64,000 nt of DNA from positions 1 to 64,000 of the forward strand of contig JASTWF010000329.1 in the NCBI GenBank assembly GCA_030390025.1, written 5' to 3'. This DNA is from Squalus acanthias (Eukaryota). Made by a program: the position numbers and the translations under genes. This document shows, in pieces, positions 52,035-63,394 of the stretch. The notes under the pieces were generated by a model. The model was not told the origin of the DNA and did not search any database. It saw only the letters and a program-made list of their open reading frames with translations. The stretch's first letter is position 1; every line of letters begins with the position of its first letter.

Positions 52035-53054
52035 AATGGAGGGTTCTTTAAGGGCTACACTCACCCCAAGTCACAGGCCTGAAGGTGTTAATGGCCTCGG
52101 TTTTTTTTTTGTTTTCCCCTGAGCAGAGGGAGCTCTTAAATTGAAGGCACACCTCTCCCTTTAGTTGATTGAATTGGGAGAGGGGCCTTCTCCCCTCTGC
52201 TCAATGGGTACTTAATTAAAAATAGATTGAGGTGCCTCTTAGAGAGAGAGAGGCAGAGAGAGACAAGAGACAAAGAGAGAGAGAGAGGGGGGTGGGAAGG
52301 AGGGAAGCCGCAAGGGCAGGGTCGCCACTCAGGATGGTAGGTGGGTGGGTGTTGGCAGGGGGGTGCACTCTCCGATGTAATACAAGTCTTTGGTGGTGGT
52401 CTTCTGGTGGGGGGAGAAGATGTCTTCACCTGGGATAGCTGGAGATGCCCAGGCTCAGTCCTGCACCAGGTCTTAACGATGCCCAATTGGATATAATTAA
52501 TTGGGGAACTTCACCTAGGCAGCTCCAGCTGTCCCAGGTCAGGCAATGGGAAAGGGGCGTTTAATATGGTGTGTGCGGCCTAGGTTTTACAGAAGCCACA
52601 CACACTCACACACACACCCCTTAGATGTTCCGGCCCTCTTCTTTTCTTCTTTCCTCCCCCCACCTACAAAACAAAGTCTCTGGGAGAGTGCCCCAGAAAT
52701 AACACCCACCTGTAGATGTTGTTCTTTCCTTCCTCCTCCTTCCAAACAGTTGATGGATGTTGTGTTGTTTTCTCCCCTCTCTCCCTCTCCTAAAATGGAG
52801 GCCAATTGAGGAGGCAGTGTGGAAAGGCCTCTCCTCTGTTGTTAATGGCCTTGGCCTTCCTTTCTTTTCCTTCTCCTCTCCTGTCCTCTCTCTCCAGGCA
52901 CCTCAGTTGTAGTTGTTGGTTGTGTTGGTGGTGGTCTGCTATCTGGTCTCCTTCTCCTTCTCCTCTTCCTGCTCACAGAGACCACCACTCTGCTGCTGCT
53001 GCTTCAGCTGCTCACTCTCCTTCTACTGGCTGCTGAGGCTATAACCTGGTGTTG

Positions 53055-53107
53055 TGCGACTTCTCATTTTTGTCCACCCCAGTCCAACGCCGGCATCTCC
53101 ACATCAT
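53055..53107 (+). mobile_element. Remainder of the Penelope-like terminal repeat
   Basis: TGCGACTTCTC...GTCCACCCCAGTCCAACGCCGGCATCTCCACATCAT, followed by the second GAGTTTAG. Confidence 0.7.
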
Positions 53108-53515
53108 GAGTTTAGAAGAATGAGAGGTGATCGCATTGAAACATACAAGATTCTGAAGGCATTGACAGGGTAGATGCTGAGAGGTTGTTTCCACTGGCTG
53201 GAGTGACTAGAACTAGGGGGCATAGTCTCAGGATAAGGGGTAGGCCATTTGAGACCGAGATGAGGAGGAATTTCTGCACTCAGACAGCTGTGAATCTTTG
53301 GAATTCTCTGCCCCAGAGGGCTGTGAATGTTCAGTCTTTGAGTATATTCAAGGCTGAGATAGATAGATTTTTGGACTCTAGGGGAATCAAGGGATATGGA
53401 GATCAGGCGGGAAAGTGGAGTTGAGGTGGATGATCAGCCATGATCTTATTGAATGGCGGAGCAGGCTCGAGGGGCTGTATGGCCGCATCCTGCTCTTATT
53501 TCTTATGTTCTTATG
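53108..53515 (+). mobile_element. CR1 3' fragment (its first nucleotides lie at 38333-38346)
   Basis: Closely similar to 30931-31354. Confidence 0.9.
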
Positions 53516-54072
53516 TCCTCAACTGGAGTATTGTATCCAATTCTGGGCACCACACTTTAGGAAGGATGTGAAGGCTTTCAAGAGGGTGTGGAAAAGATTT
53601 ACAAGAGTTGTTGCAGGGATGAGTGACTTCAGTTACATGGATAGACTAGAGAAGCTGGGATTGTTCTCCTTGGAGCAGAGAAGGTTGAGAGGAGATTTGA
53701 TAGAGGTGATCAACATCATGAGGGGTCTAGACAGAGTAGATAGAGAGAAACTGTTCCCATTGGTGGAAGGGTCGAGAACCAGAGGACACAGATTTAAGGT
53801 GATTGGCAGACGAACCAAAGGTGAAATGAGGAAAAACTTTTTTACGCAGCGAGTGGTTAGGATCTGGAATTCACTGCCTGAAAGGGTGGTGGAGGCAGAT
53901 TCAATCGTGGCTTTCAAAAGGGAATTGGATAAGTACCTGAAGGAAAAATGTTGGCAGGGCTACGAGGAAAGGGCGGGGGGAGTGGGACGAGCTGAAGTGC
54001 TCTTGCAGAGAGCCGGCATGGGCTCGATGGGCCTCCTGCTGTGCTCTAACGAGTCTCTGATTCTATGATTCT
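53516..54072 (+). mobile_element. CR1 3' fragment, right part of 38095-38332
   Basis: PQLEYCIQFWAP...LEQRRLRGDL and an ATTCTATGATTCTA tail. Confidence 0.9.
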
Positions 54073-54729
54073 AGAGCCTCACCATCAGCTGACTCAGTGA
54101 GTGTCAGCAGTGACAGCAGTCCAATCCTGCCCTCAATTGACATCCATACACTTCCCAGTTGATGTCACTGGGTCTCCATCAAGAGCAGGGGCAGTGGCTG
54201 ATTCTTACTCTTAGTTAGCCCAGTGGTACTGAGGATAATTATAGCCCCTGAACTGCTGCCTTATCAGAGATCAAGTAACAGCCCAGACCAAGGATTGAAG
54301 TTGGTACCTTCCTAGTCAGTAGGGCAGAGGGTTTTAAAGTGGAAGGGGGAGAGTGAGAACAGAATATTTAGAAATAAATAATTCTCCACCTTTAAACAAA
54401 ACCTTCGTTACACTGCAAAATTCTGAAGACTTTCAATATTAAACAAGCAAGTCAAATGGATCATCAAAAATAGTGAGACATTTTAGAAAGGCTCAAGTCA
54501 CTGAAACAGACAGGTTTTCAATCACTGCACAGTACAGAAGGGAGCGACTGTTCATGGGAGCTCTGTTAGTGAAGTCCGCCGACACTCCGAGATAAACGGG
54601 TCTGTCGCTTTAACTATAAATAGGCAGAGAAAGGGGAGTCCCTGTCCCTTTAAATATCTGCCCCATTCCCCCAGGCAGTGGGAGGAGGAACAGCGCGCGG
54701 TCCCTTTATATCCTGACCCAGCAGGCCCC

Positions 54730-55200
54730 GCTCTGTGTGGGGGCGGGGCCTGGGGAACCCCATCTGTGTGGGGGCGGGGCCTGGGGAACCCGCTCTGTGT
54801 GGAGGCGGGGCCTGGGGAACACGCTCTGTGTGGGGGCGGGACCTGGGGAACCCCATCTGTGTGGGGGCGGGGCCTGGGGAACCCCATCTGTGTGGGGGCG
54901 GGGCCTGGGGTACCCGCACTGTGTGGGGGCGGAGCCTGGGAAACCCGCTCTGTGTGGGGGCGGGGCCTGTGGAAACCCCTCTGTGTGGGTACGGGACCTG
55001 GGGAACCCGCTCTGTGTGGGGGCGAGGCCTGGGGAACCCGCGCTGTGTGGAGCCGGGGTCTGGGGAAGCCGCGCTGTGTGGGGGCGGGGCCTGGGGAACC
55101 CGCACTGTGTGGGGGCGGGGCCTGGGGACCCACTCTGTGTGGGGGCGGGGCCTGGGGAACCCGCTCTGTGTGGGGGCGGGGCCTGGGGAACCCACTCTGT
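54730..55200. repeat. 31-bp GC-box minisatellite (CTCTGTGTGGGGGCGGGGCCTGGGGAACCCG), about 15 units, followed by about 30-bp repeats to 55340
   Basis: Direct periodicity. Confidence 0.93.
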
Positions 55201-55343
55201 GAAGGGACCACTTACACTGAGACACCAAATCCCGGGACAACTTACATTGAGACACCAAATCCAAGGACCACTTCCTCTGAGAGACCAAATCCAGGGACCA
55301 CTTACATTGTGACATCAAATCCAGGGACCACTTACACTGAGTC

Positions 55344-55697
55344 TATAAAATGTGAATCAGAGAGCCTCAGAATGGGGAATGGTCATGGAGGTGAAACCAG
55401 CTCCAGTGAGGGTGAAAGGCAGGTAATGGATGAAGATATGACGTTGGAATCAGATGGTTACTGGTGGGGCCTGGTGATAGGTTATTGTCACAAGCCCTTT
55501 TCAGGCAGGCCAATGATTGGATGTAACCAGAACAACACCTGGATCCGCCTGTTCTTGTCCCCAATTCTACTGACCCTGATGTATTTTTCTGTGTAAAATG
55601 TAGAGATGTGAAAGAAGAGAGGAAATCAGGCTTGGGCCAGAAAGAAGGTTCCTTGAATGAACAATTCATGAGGCTGTTTTCTGACTCATCTGCATGA
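55344..55697 (+). pseudogene. PHF23: PHF23/PHF13-like C-terminal PHD-finger pseudogene fragment
   Basis: GETSSSEGERQVMDEDMTLESDGYWWGLVIGYCHKPFSGRPMIGCNQNNTWIRL, then after a frameshift PDVFFCVKCRD. This resembles the recalled PHF23 sequence [54 protein letters not shown]. Confidence 0.8.
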
Positions 55698-56309
55698 GGT
55701 TAAAACACCATGAAATGAAAGAGAACATGTCTAGTGACACTGACGTTGTCAATAATGGTTTCTATCCCTAATCACTGTCTCATAGCCTCACATCCTAACC
55801 CGAACCCCAGCCCCTAAACCCTAACCAAGGATTACTGACAGGGATCAATGGAGGAGCTAAAGACCTGATAAAGGAAGTATTTGAAACAATTATCTCGAAT
55901 AAAGAAATAGTGCAAGGTATGTTAGTAACAAGAGATTAAATCAAAGAGACCATCAAAATCAGCAATGACAATTACAAAGATCAGAACATTTAAAAGGCGA
56001 TCACATGCAATATGTGTGAAGGAGTTTTTACTAAATCTGATCCAAAAAGGGTTAAATGATACAGAAAATAACGGATTTCAAATCTTATGCAGGATAGTTC
56101 TATAGAGGGGTGGACACTGCAGTTCAGTCTATGACACCCACAAGCCATGTACTCAAACGGAACAAGCTTGGGGTTAGATGTGGTAGAAAGTGAACTAGGT
56201 GAGAATCGTTATAATCTAGAGTAAGAAATGCCCCAAAATGGAACAGTCAGTAACAGAACATCAATGTGTCTCCTCTTATCACAGAGAAATCAAATATTCA
56301 ATACACTGT

Positions 56310-57725
56310 ACAATAGCAAAATACTGCGGATGCTGGAAATCTGAAATAATGACAGAAAATGCTGGAAATACTCAGCAGGTCAGGCAGCATCCATGGAGAG
56401 AGAAACAGAGTTAACATTTCAGGTCTGTGACCCTTCGTCAGAACTGGAAAAAGTTCGAGATGTAACAGATTTTAAGCAGGTGCAGAGAAAGGGGATGGGG
56501 AGGAAAGAACAAAAGGGACGGTCTGTGATTGGGTGGAAGGCAGGAGTGGTTAAATGTTGCAAATGGGGATGGCAGAATCATCAACAGCTGAAAAAATAGG
56601 GGCAGGGGTTATAGTCTGAAATTGTTGAACTCAAAGCTGAGTCCAGAAGGCTGTAAAGTGCCTAAACAAAAGATGAGGTGCTGTTCCTCGATCTTACTTT
56701 GAGCTTCTTTGGAACAATGTAAGAGGCCGAGGACGGAGAGGTCAGAGTGGGAGTGGAGCGGAGAGTTAAAGTGACAAGTGACCGGAAGCTCGGGGTCACC
56801 CTTACGGACTGAACGGAGGTGTTCGGCAAAGCGGTCACCCAATCTGCGTTTGGTCTCCCCAGTGTAGAGGAGATTGCATCGTGAGCAGCGAATACAGTAT
56901 ACTAAATTGCAAAAGTACAAGTAAATCGCTGTTTCAGCTGGAAGGGGTGTTTGGGGCCCTGGACAGTGGGAAGGGAGGAGGTAAAAGGGCAGGTGTTGCA
57001 TCTCCTGCGCTTGCACGGGAAGGTACCGTGGGCAGGGGAGGGGCTGTTGGGGGTGATTGAGGACTGGACCAGGGTGCTGCGGAGGGAGCGGTCCCTTCGG
57101 AATGCTGTAAGGGGAGGTGAGGGGAAGATGCGTTTGGTGGTGGGATCACGCTGGAGGTGGCGGAAATGGCGAAGGATGATCCGTTGAATGTGAAGGCTGG
57201 TAGGGTGAAACTGAGGACAAGGGGAACCCTATCGTGGTTCTGGGAGGGAGGGGATGGGGTGAGAGCAGAAGTGCTGGAAATGGACGGATACGGTTGAGGG
57301 CCATGCCAACCACGGTAGAGGGGAATCCTCAGTTGAAGAAAAAGGAAGGCATTCAGAAGCACTCGTATGGAAGGTGGCATCATCAGAACAGATGCGGCGG
57401 AGACGGAGAAGCTGTGAGAATGGAATAGAGTCCTTACAGAAAGTGGGGTGGGAGGAAGTGTAGTCCAGTTAGCTGTGGGCTTATAGCGGATGTTTGTCGA
57501 TAGCCTATCCTCAGAAATGGAGACAATGAAGTCGAGGAAGGGAAGGGAAGAGTCAGAGATGGACCATGTGAAGGTGAGTGAAGGGTGGAAATTGGAAGCA
57601 AAGTGAATGAAATTTTCTAGTTCAGGGTGAGAGCAGGAAACGGCACCAATACAGTCTTCAATGTACCAGAAAAAGAGGTGAGGGAGGAGACCTGAGTAGG
57701 ACTGGAACAAAGAATGTTCCTCTTA
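56310..57725 (-). mobile_element. Penelope-like element fragment (part of RT, GIY-YIG endonuclease, terminal repeat)
   Basis: WYIEDCIG (degenerate YIDD), LPFLD, LVYCIRCSRCNLLYTGETKRRLGDRFAEH...EEQHLIFCLGTLQPSGL. Confidence 0.88.
56410..56447 (-). ncRNA. Minimal hammerhead ribozyme motif of Penelope type
   Basis: Minus strand reads CTGACGA-A-GGGTC-ACA-GACCT-GAAA-TGTTA. Confidence 0.6.
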
Positions 57726-57844
57726 TCCCAGTGCGGAGGGGCAGGGGCGATAGCAAGAGGCCCAGCTGCCAGTGCGGAGGGGCCGGGGCGTTGAGTGAGA
57801 GGCCCAGCTGCTTGTGGGGAACTCCAGCGCAGAGGGGCCGGGGC

Positions 57845-60800
57845 ATAGGGCCCAGTGTGGAAGATCCAGAGGAGAGTGGCCTAGGCGGGAGGCCCAGCAC
57901 GGAGAACCCCAGGCGGGGGGCCCAGGGCGGGGGCGGCTGGTCGGCAGAGGTGGAGTCGGGAGATGCGGTTGGTGAGCATTGCTGCACTGGTTCTGAAAGT
58001 TGCAGAATGGTTTCGGGCCTGAATGAGTTCCAGCGGCCGAGCATCTGCTCTGCCTGGCGGCAGCTGTGAGGCTTTTTCTTGGTCATGGGACCGGTTTATG
58101 CGTCGCCATATTGGTGAAGGAAAGACAAACTGTTTCCATCTGTAATGTGGCCCGTGAGTGGTTACAAGATGGAAAATGTGAATGGTTAAAAGACGGAAAA
58201 TAAAAGGAAATTAAAAGACAGAGCAAAGTAATATCAGTAAGGAATGATGAGTATTCTTTGATGGTTGGGTCCTGTGAGCGATAACAGCAAGCAGAAGAAG
58301 ATTTGAGTGTTCGGTCTTTTTACGGGATTTCAGGAAGTGGATGGCTTCTTTTTCCATGGAAGTGCTGAAGACTGTGGAAAAGGACTATGACTTTACATGG
58401 TTCGACAACATCAAATGATATTCGTTAATGGATTGCCAATAGGACTGGCGTAGAACTGGTATTTAATTGTTTTGTTGGGAAGGTTTCAGGTTTTCTGTTT
58501 TGAAAGCAGTTTACTTAAAGCTTAATTGATTTTCTGATAAGGATTGTGGGAATTTGCACATGGTGATGTACTGGTGGTTATGTAGGAATTTACTTTGAGG
58601 TTATTGTCTAGTGTTGGTGTGTTTGAAAAGATAAAGTAAATTAATATTGGTAATTTATTGAACGAACGGACGCTCGAGTGAACGAACGGACGAACGATTT
58701 GAACGAATGCATTCATGCATATTGGAACTTACACTCGATCGAACGAATGATCACTTGTGCAGTGATAGAACGAACGATTCGAGCGAACGCACGCAGGCGC
58801 GCACTTAGACAAATGATACGCACGCACGCATTCAGACATACATATTGGAACTTACACTCGATCAAACGAACGACCTCATGGGGTAGTGGTCGAACGAACG
58901 ATTCGAGCGAACGCAAGCGTGCACATTGGAACTTACACTCGATTGAACGAATGATCACTTGTGCAGAGATAGAACAAACGATTTGAGCGAACGCAAGCAT
59001 GCACATTGGAACTTACACTCGATCGAACGAATGATCACTTGTGCAGTGATGGAACGAACGATTCGAGCGAATGCACGCAGGTGCGCACTTAGACAAATGA
59101 TACGCACGCACGCATTCAGACATACATATTGGAACTTGCGTTCGATCGAACGAACAAACGAACGCTTGAATGAACGAACGAACAATTGAATGAATGATCG
59201 AATGATCGAACGAACAATGCCAGTAGGACTGGCGTAAAACGGGTTTTTTCTTGGTTTATTGGAATAAATGTTATCTGTCGCATTTAATTGGATTATGATG
59301 GTGCTATGTGTTTGTACACTGTGGTGTTGAAATGGGTTTTGTTTTATGTGGAGTTAACTTTGAGATTTATTATTTTAAATCTAAAAGGTTGTGTGGTATT
59401 GTTTAAGGGTATTTGTACTGCAAACATTATTGATTATTTGTAAAATTAATCATTGCATTTATATTAACTATAAGGCTGTTTTTAAGACTTTATTTTTTAC
59501 TGTGATGGATGAATGTAATGGATTTACTATGTAATGGATTTACGATGTAATTGATGAGTTGTACAGGTATTATTGTTTTTGAATAAAAATATTTGAACCA
59601 TGTTCATACCCAGCCCGCCCCAATGACAAAATCGAAGCCCAGGCTGCAAGATTCTCAGTTCAGTTTGGTGCTGTGTGAACGGGTGAGCTCCGCACCCCGG
59701 CTGCTTGCGGGGAATGCCGGTGCGGAGGGCCCAGTGCAGAAGGCCCGGGGAGGAAAGGCTGTGAGATTTTCAACTCGGCTTAACTCGGTGCTGTGTGAAC
59801 GGGCTGCTCCACATCCCGGCTGCTCGCGGGGAATGCCTGTGCGGAGGGCCCGGTGCAGAAGGCCCAAGGTGGAAGACCTGGAGGAGAGTGGCCTGGGCGG
59901 GAGGCCCAGCACGGAGAACCCCAGGCGGGGGGCCCAGGGCGGGGCAGCTGGTCGGCAGAGGTGGAGTCGGGAGATGCGGTTGGTGAGCATTGCTGCACTG
60001 GTTCTGAAAGTTGCAGAATGGTTTCGGGCCTGAATGAGTTCCAGCGGCCCAGCATCTGCTCTGCCTGGCGGCAGCTGTGAGGATTTTTCTTGGTCATGGG
60101 ACCGGTTTATGCGTCGCCATATTGGAGGAGGAAAGACAAATTGTTTCCATCTGTAATGTGGCGCGTGAGCAGTTACAAGATGGAAACTGTGAATGGTTAA
60201 AAGACGGAAAATAAAAGGAAATTAAAAGACAGAGCAAAGTAATATCAGTAAGGAATGATGAGTATTCTTTGATGGTTGGGTCCTGTGAGCGATAACAGCA
60301 AGCAGAAGGAGATTGGAGTGTTCGGTCTTTTTATGGGATTTCAGGAAGTGGATGGCTTCTTTTTCCGTGGAAGGGCTGAAGACTGTGGACAAGGACTATG
60401 ACTTTACATGGTTCGACAACATCAAATGATAATCGTTAATGGATTGCCAATAGGACTGGCGTAGAACTGGTATTTAATTGTTTTGTTGGGAAGGTTTCAG
60501 GTTTTCTGTTTGAAAGCAGTTTACTTGAAGCTTAATTGATTTTATGATAAGGACTGTGGGAATTTGCACATGGTGATGTATTGGTGGTTATGTAGGAATT
60601 TACTTTGAGGTTATTGTCTACTGTTGGTGTGTTTGCAAAGATAAAGTAAATTAATATTGGTAATTTATTGAACGAACGGACGAACGATTTGAACGAATGC
60701 ATTCATGCATATTGGAACTTACACTCGATCGAACGAATGATCATTTGTGCAGTGATAGAACGAACGATTCGAGCGAACGCACGCAGGTGCGCACTTAGAC

Positions 60801-62980
60801 AAATGATACGCACGCACGCATTCAGACATACACATTGGAACTTACACTCGATCAAACGAACGACCTCATGGGGTAGTGGTCGAACGAACGATTCGAGCGA
60901 ACGCAAGCATGCACATTGGAACTTACACTCGATCGAACGAATGATCGCGTGGTGAACGATGAGACGAACGATAATCGAGCGAACGCACGGAGGCGCGCAC
61001 TTAGACAAATGATACGCACGCACGCATTCAGACATACATATTGGAATTTACGCTCGATCGAAAGAACGAACGAACGCTTGAATGAACGAACGAACAATTG
61101 AATGAATGATCGAAAGATCGAACGAACAATGCCAGTAGGACTGGCGTAAAACGGGTTTTTTCTTGGTTTATTGGAATAAATGTTATCTGTAGCATTTAAT
61201 TGGATTATGATGGTGCTATGTGTTTGTACACTGGTGTTAAAATGGTTTTTGTTTTATGTGGAGTTAACTTTGAGATTTATTATTTTAAATCTAAAAAGTT
61301 GTGTGGTATTGTTTAACGGTATTTGTACTGTAAACATTATTGATTATTTGTAAAATTAATCATTGCATTTATATTAACTATAAGGCTGTTTTTAAGGCTT
61401 TATTTTTTACTGTGATGGATGAATGTAATGGATTTACTATGTAATGGATTTACGATGTAACTGATGAGTTGTACAGGTATTATTGTTTTTGAATAAAAAT
61501 ATTTGAACCATGTCCATACCCAGCCCGCCCCAATGACACAATCGAAGCCCAGGCTGCAAGATTCTCAGTTCAGTTTGGTGCTGTGTGAACGGGTGAGCTC
61601 CGCACCCCGGCTGCTTGCGGGGAATGCCGGTGTGGAGGGCCCAGTGCAGAAGTCCCGGGGAGGAAAGGCTGTGAGATTTTCAACTCGGCTTAACTCGGTG
61701 CTGTGTGAACGGGCTGCTCCACATTCCAGCTGCTCGCAGGGAATGCCGGTGCGGAGGGCCCGGTGCAGTAGGCCCAAGGTGGAAGACCCGGAGGAGAGTG
61801 GCCTGGGCGGGAGGCCCAGCATGGAGAACCCCAGGCGGGGGGCCCAGGGCGGGGTGGCTGGTCGGCAGAGGTGGAGTCGGGAGATGCGGTTGGTGAGCAT
61901 TGCTGCACTGGTTCTGAAAGTTGCAGAATGGTTTCGGGCCTGAATGAGTTCCAGCGGCCCAGCATCTGCTCTGCCTGGCGGCAGCTGTGAGGATTTTTCT
62001 TGGTCATGGGACCGGTTTATGCGTCGCCATATTGGAGGAGGAAAGACAAATTGTTTCCATCAGTAATGGGGCGCGTGAGCGGTTACAAGATGGAAAATGT
62101 GAATGGTTAAAAGACGGAAAATAAAAGGAAATTAAAAGACAGAGCAAAGTAATATCAGTAAGGAATGATGAGTATTCTTTGATGGTTGGGTCCTGTGAGT
62201 GATAACAGCAAGCAGAAGAAGATTGGAGTGTTCGGTCTTTTTATGAGATTTCAGGAAGTGGATGGCTTCTTTTTCCGTGGAAGGGCTGAAGACTGTGGAC
62301 AAGGACTATGACTTTACATGGTTCGACAACATCAAATGATATGAGTTAATGGATTGCCAATAGGACTGGCGTAGAACTGGTATTTAATTGTTTTGTTGGG
62401 AAGGTTTCAGGTTTTCTGTTTGAAAGCAGTTTACTTGAAGCTTAATTGATTTTCTGATAAGGACTGTGGGAATTTGCACATGGTGATGTATTGGTGGTTA
62501 TGTAGGAATTTACTTTGAGGTTATTGTCTAGTGTCTCGATCGAACGAACGAACGCTTGAATGAACGAACGAACAATTGAATGAATGATCGAATGATCGAA
62601 CGAACAATGCCAGTAGGACTGGCGTAAAACGGGTTTTTTCTTGGTTTATTGGAATAAGTGTTATCTGTAGCATTTAATTGGATTATGATGGTGCTATGTG
62701 TTTGTACACTGGTGTTGAAATACTTTTTGTTTTATGTGGAGTTAACTTTGAGATTTATTATTTTAAATCTAAAAAGTTGTGTGGTATTGTTTAAGGGTAT
62801 TTGTACTGTAAACATTATTGATTATTTGTAAAATTAATCATTGCATTTATATTAACTATAAGGCTGTTTTTAAGGCTTTATTTGTTACTGTGATGGATGA
62901 ATGTAATGGATTTACTATGTAATGGATTTACTATGTAATTGTTGAGTTGTACAGGTATTATTGTATTTGAATAAAAATAT
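57845..62980 (+). repeat. Tandem array of a 1.9-kb macrosatellite: partial unit to 59593, full unit 59594-61503, internally deleted unit 61504-62980
   Basis: Identical junction GAATAAAAATATT-TGAACCATG at 59581-59602 and 61491-61512 (period 1910 bp). Confidence 0.93.
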
Positions 62981-63360
62981 CTTGTTCACACTGGAGGAGC
63001 CTAGTGCGCAGGCGCAGTGCCCGCCCGTAGCTGGAGCATGCGCAGTGTCAGTGTGATCAGAGCCATGCGAGTGCAGGGAGCGGGCCGATTTGGGAGACGC
63101 GGTTTTTGATCCGATTACAAATCAGCAGGGCGCAGGGAGGTAACGTACCCGGCGGGTGAGCTTCATAAACACCTGGTGTAGGCCGCAAGCCCGGTATGAG
63201 AACCTACAGGTTCCGTGTTTGCAACTCGGAGGCTTTTTCCCGGCAATAGGCCCGGGTTAACAGCCGCCATCTTTGTAAAGGAAGGCTGCGAGTTTGTGAG
63301 TCGCCATCTTCATTGAGTAGTAGAGCGCATGCGCGGCCATCTTTGTAAAGGAACCACCAG
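62981..63360 (+). promoter_or_regulatory. Repeated CpG promoter/first-exon cassette of a sixth ZNF copy whose coding exon lies beyond the window
   Basis: Paralog of 9955-10255, with NRF1 GCGCATGCGC at 63325-63334 and YY1-like GCCGCCATCTT at 63262-63272. The window ends in sequence matching 12187-12253. Confidence 0.65.
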
Positions 63361-63394
63361 TGGGCGATACTTCAGGACGTGGCTTCAGGATCTC

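Larger units (their letters stand above)
45885..53038 (-). mobile_element. Full-length Tx1-clade retrotransposon, copy B (7154 bp)
   Basis: Same organisation and termini as copy A, with scattered substitutions; bounded by CTATAACCTGGTGTTG at 45869-45884 and 53039-53054. Confidence 0.92.

Noticed and set aside
38798..52122. Many plus-strand and alternative-frame ORFs inside the Tx1 elements
   Set aside because: Expected from high GC content opposite real ORFs; no recognisable domains.
54552..55318. Pro/Gly-rich, collagen-like ORFs
   Set aside because: Products of the 31-bp GC-rich repeat, with no consistent Gly-X-Y frame.
55790..55828. Telomere-like CCCTAA repeats
   Set aside because: Only two or three degenerate units.
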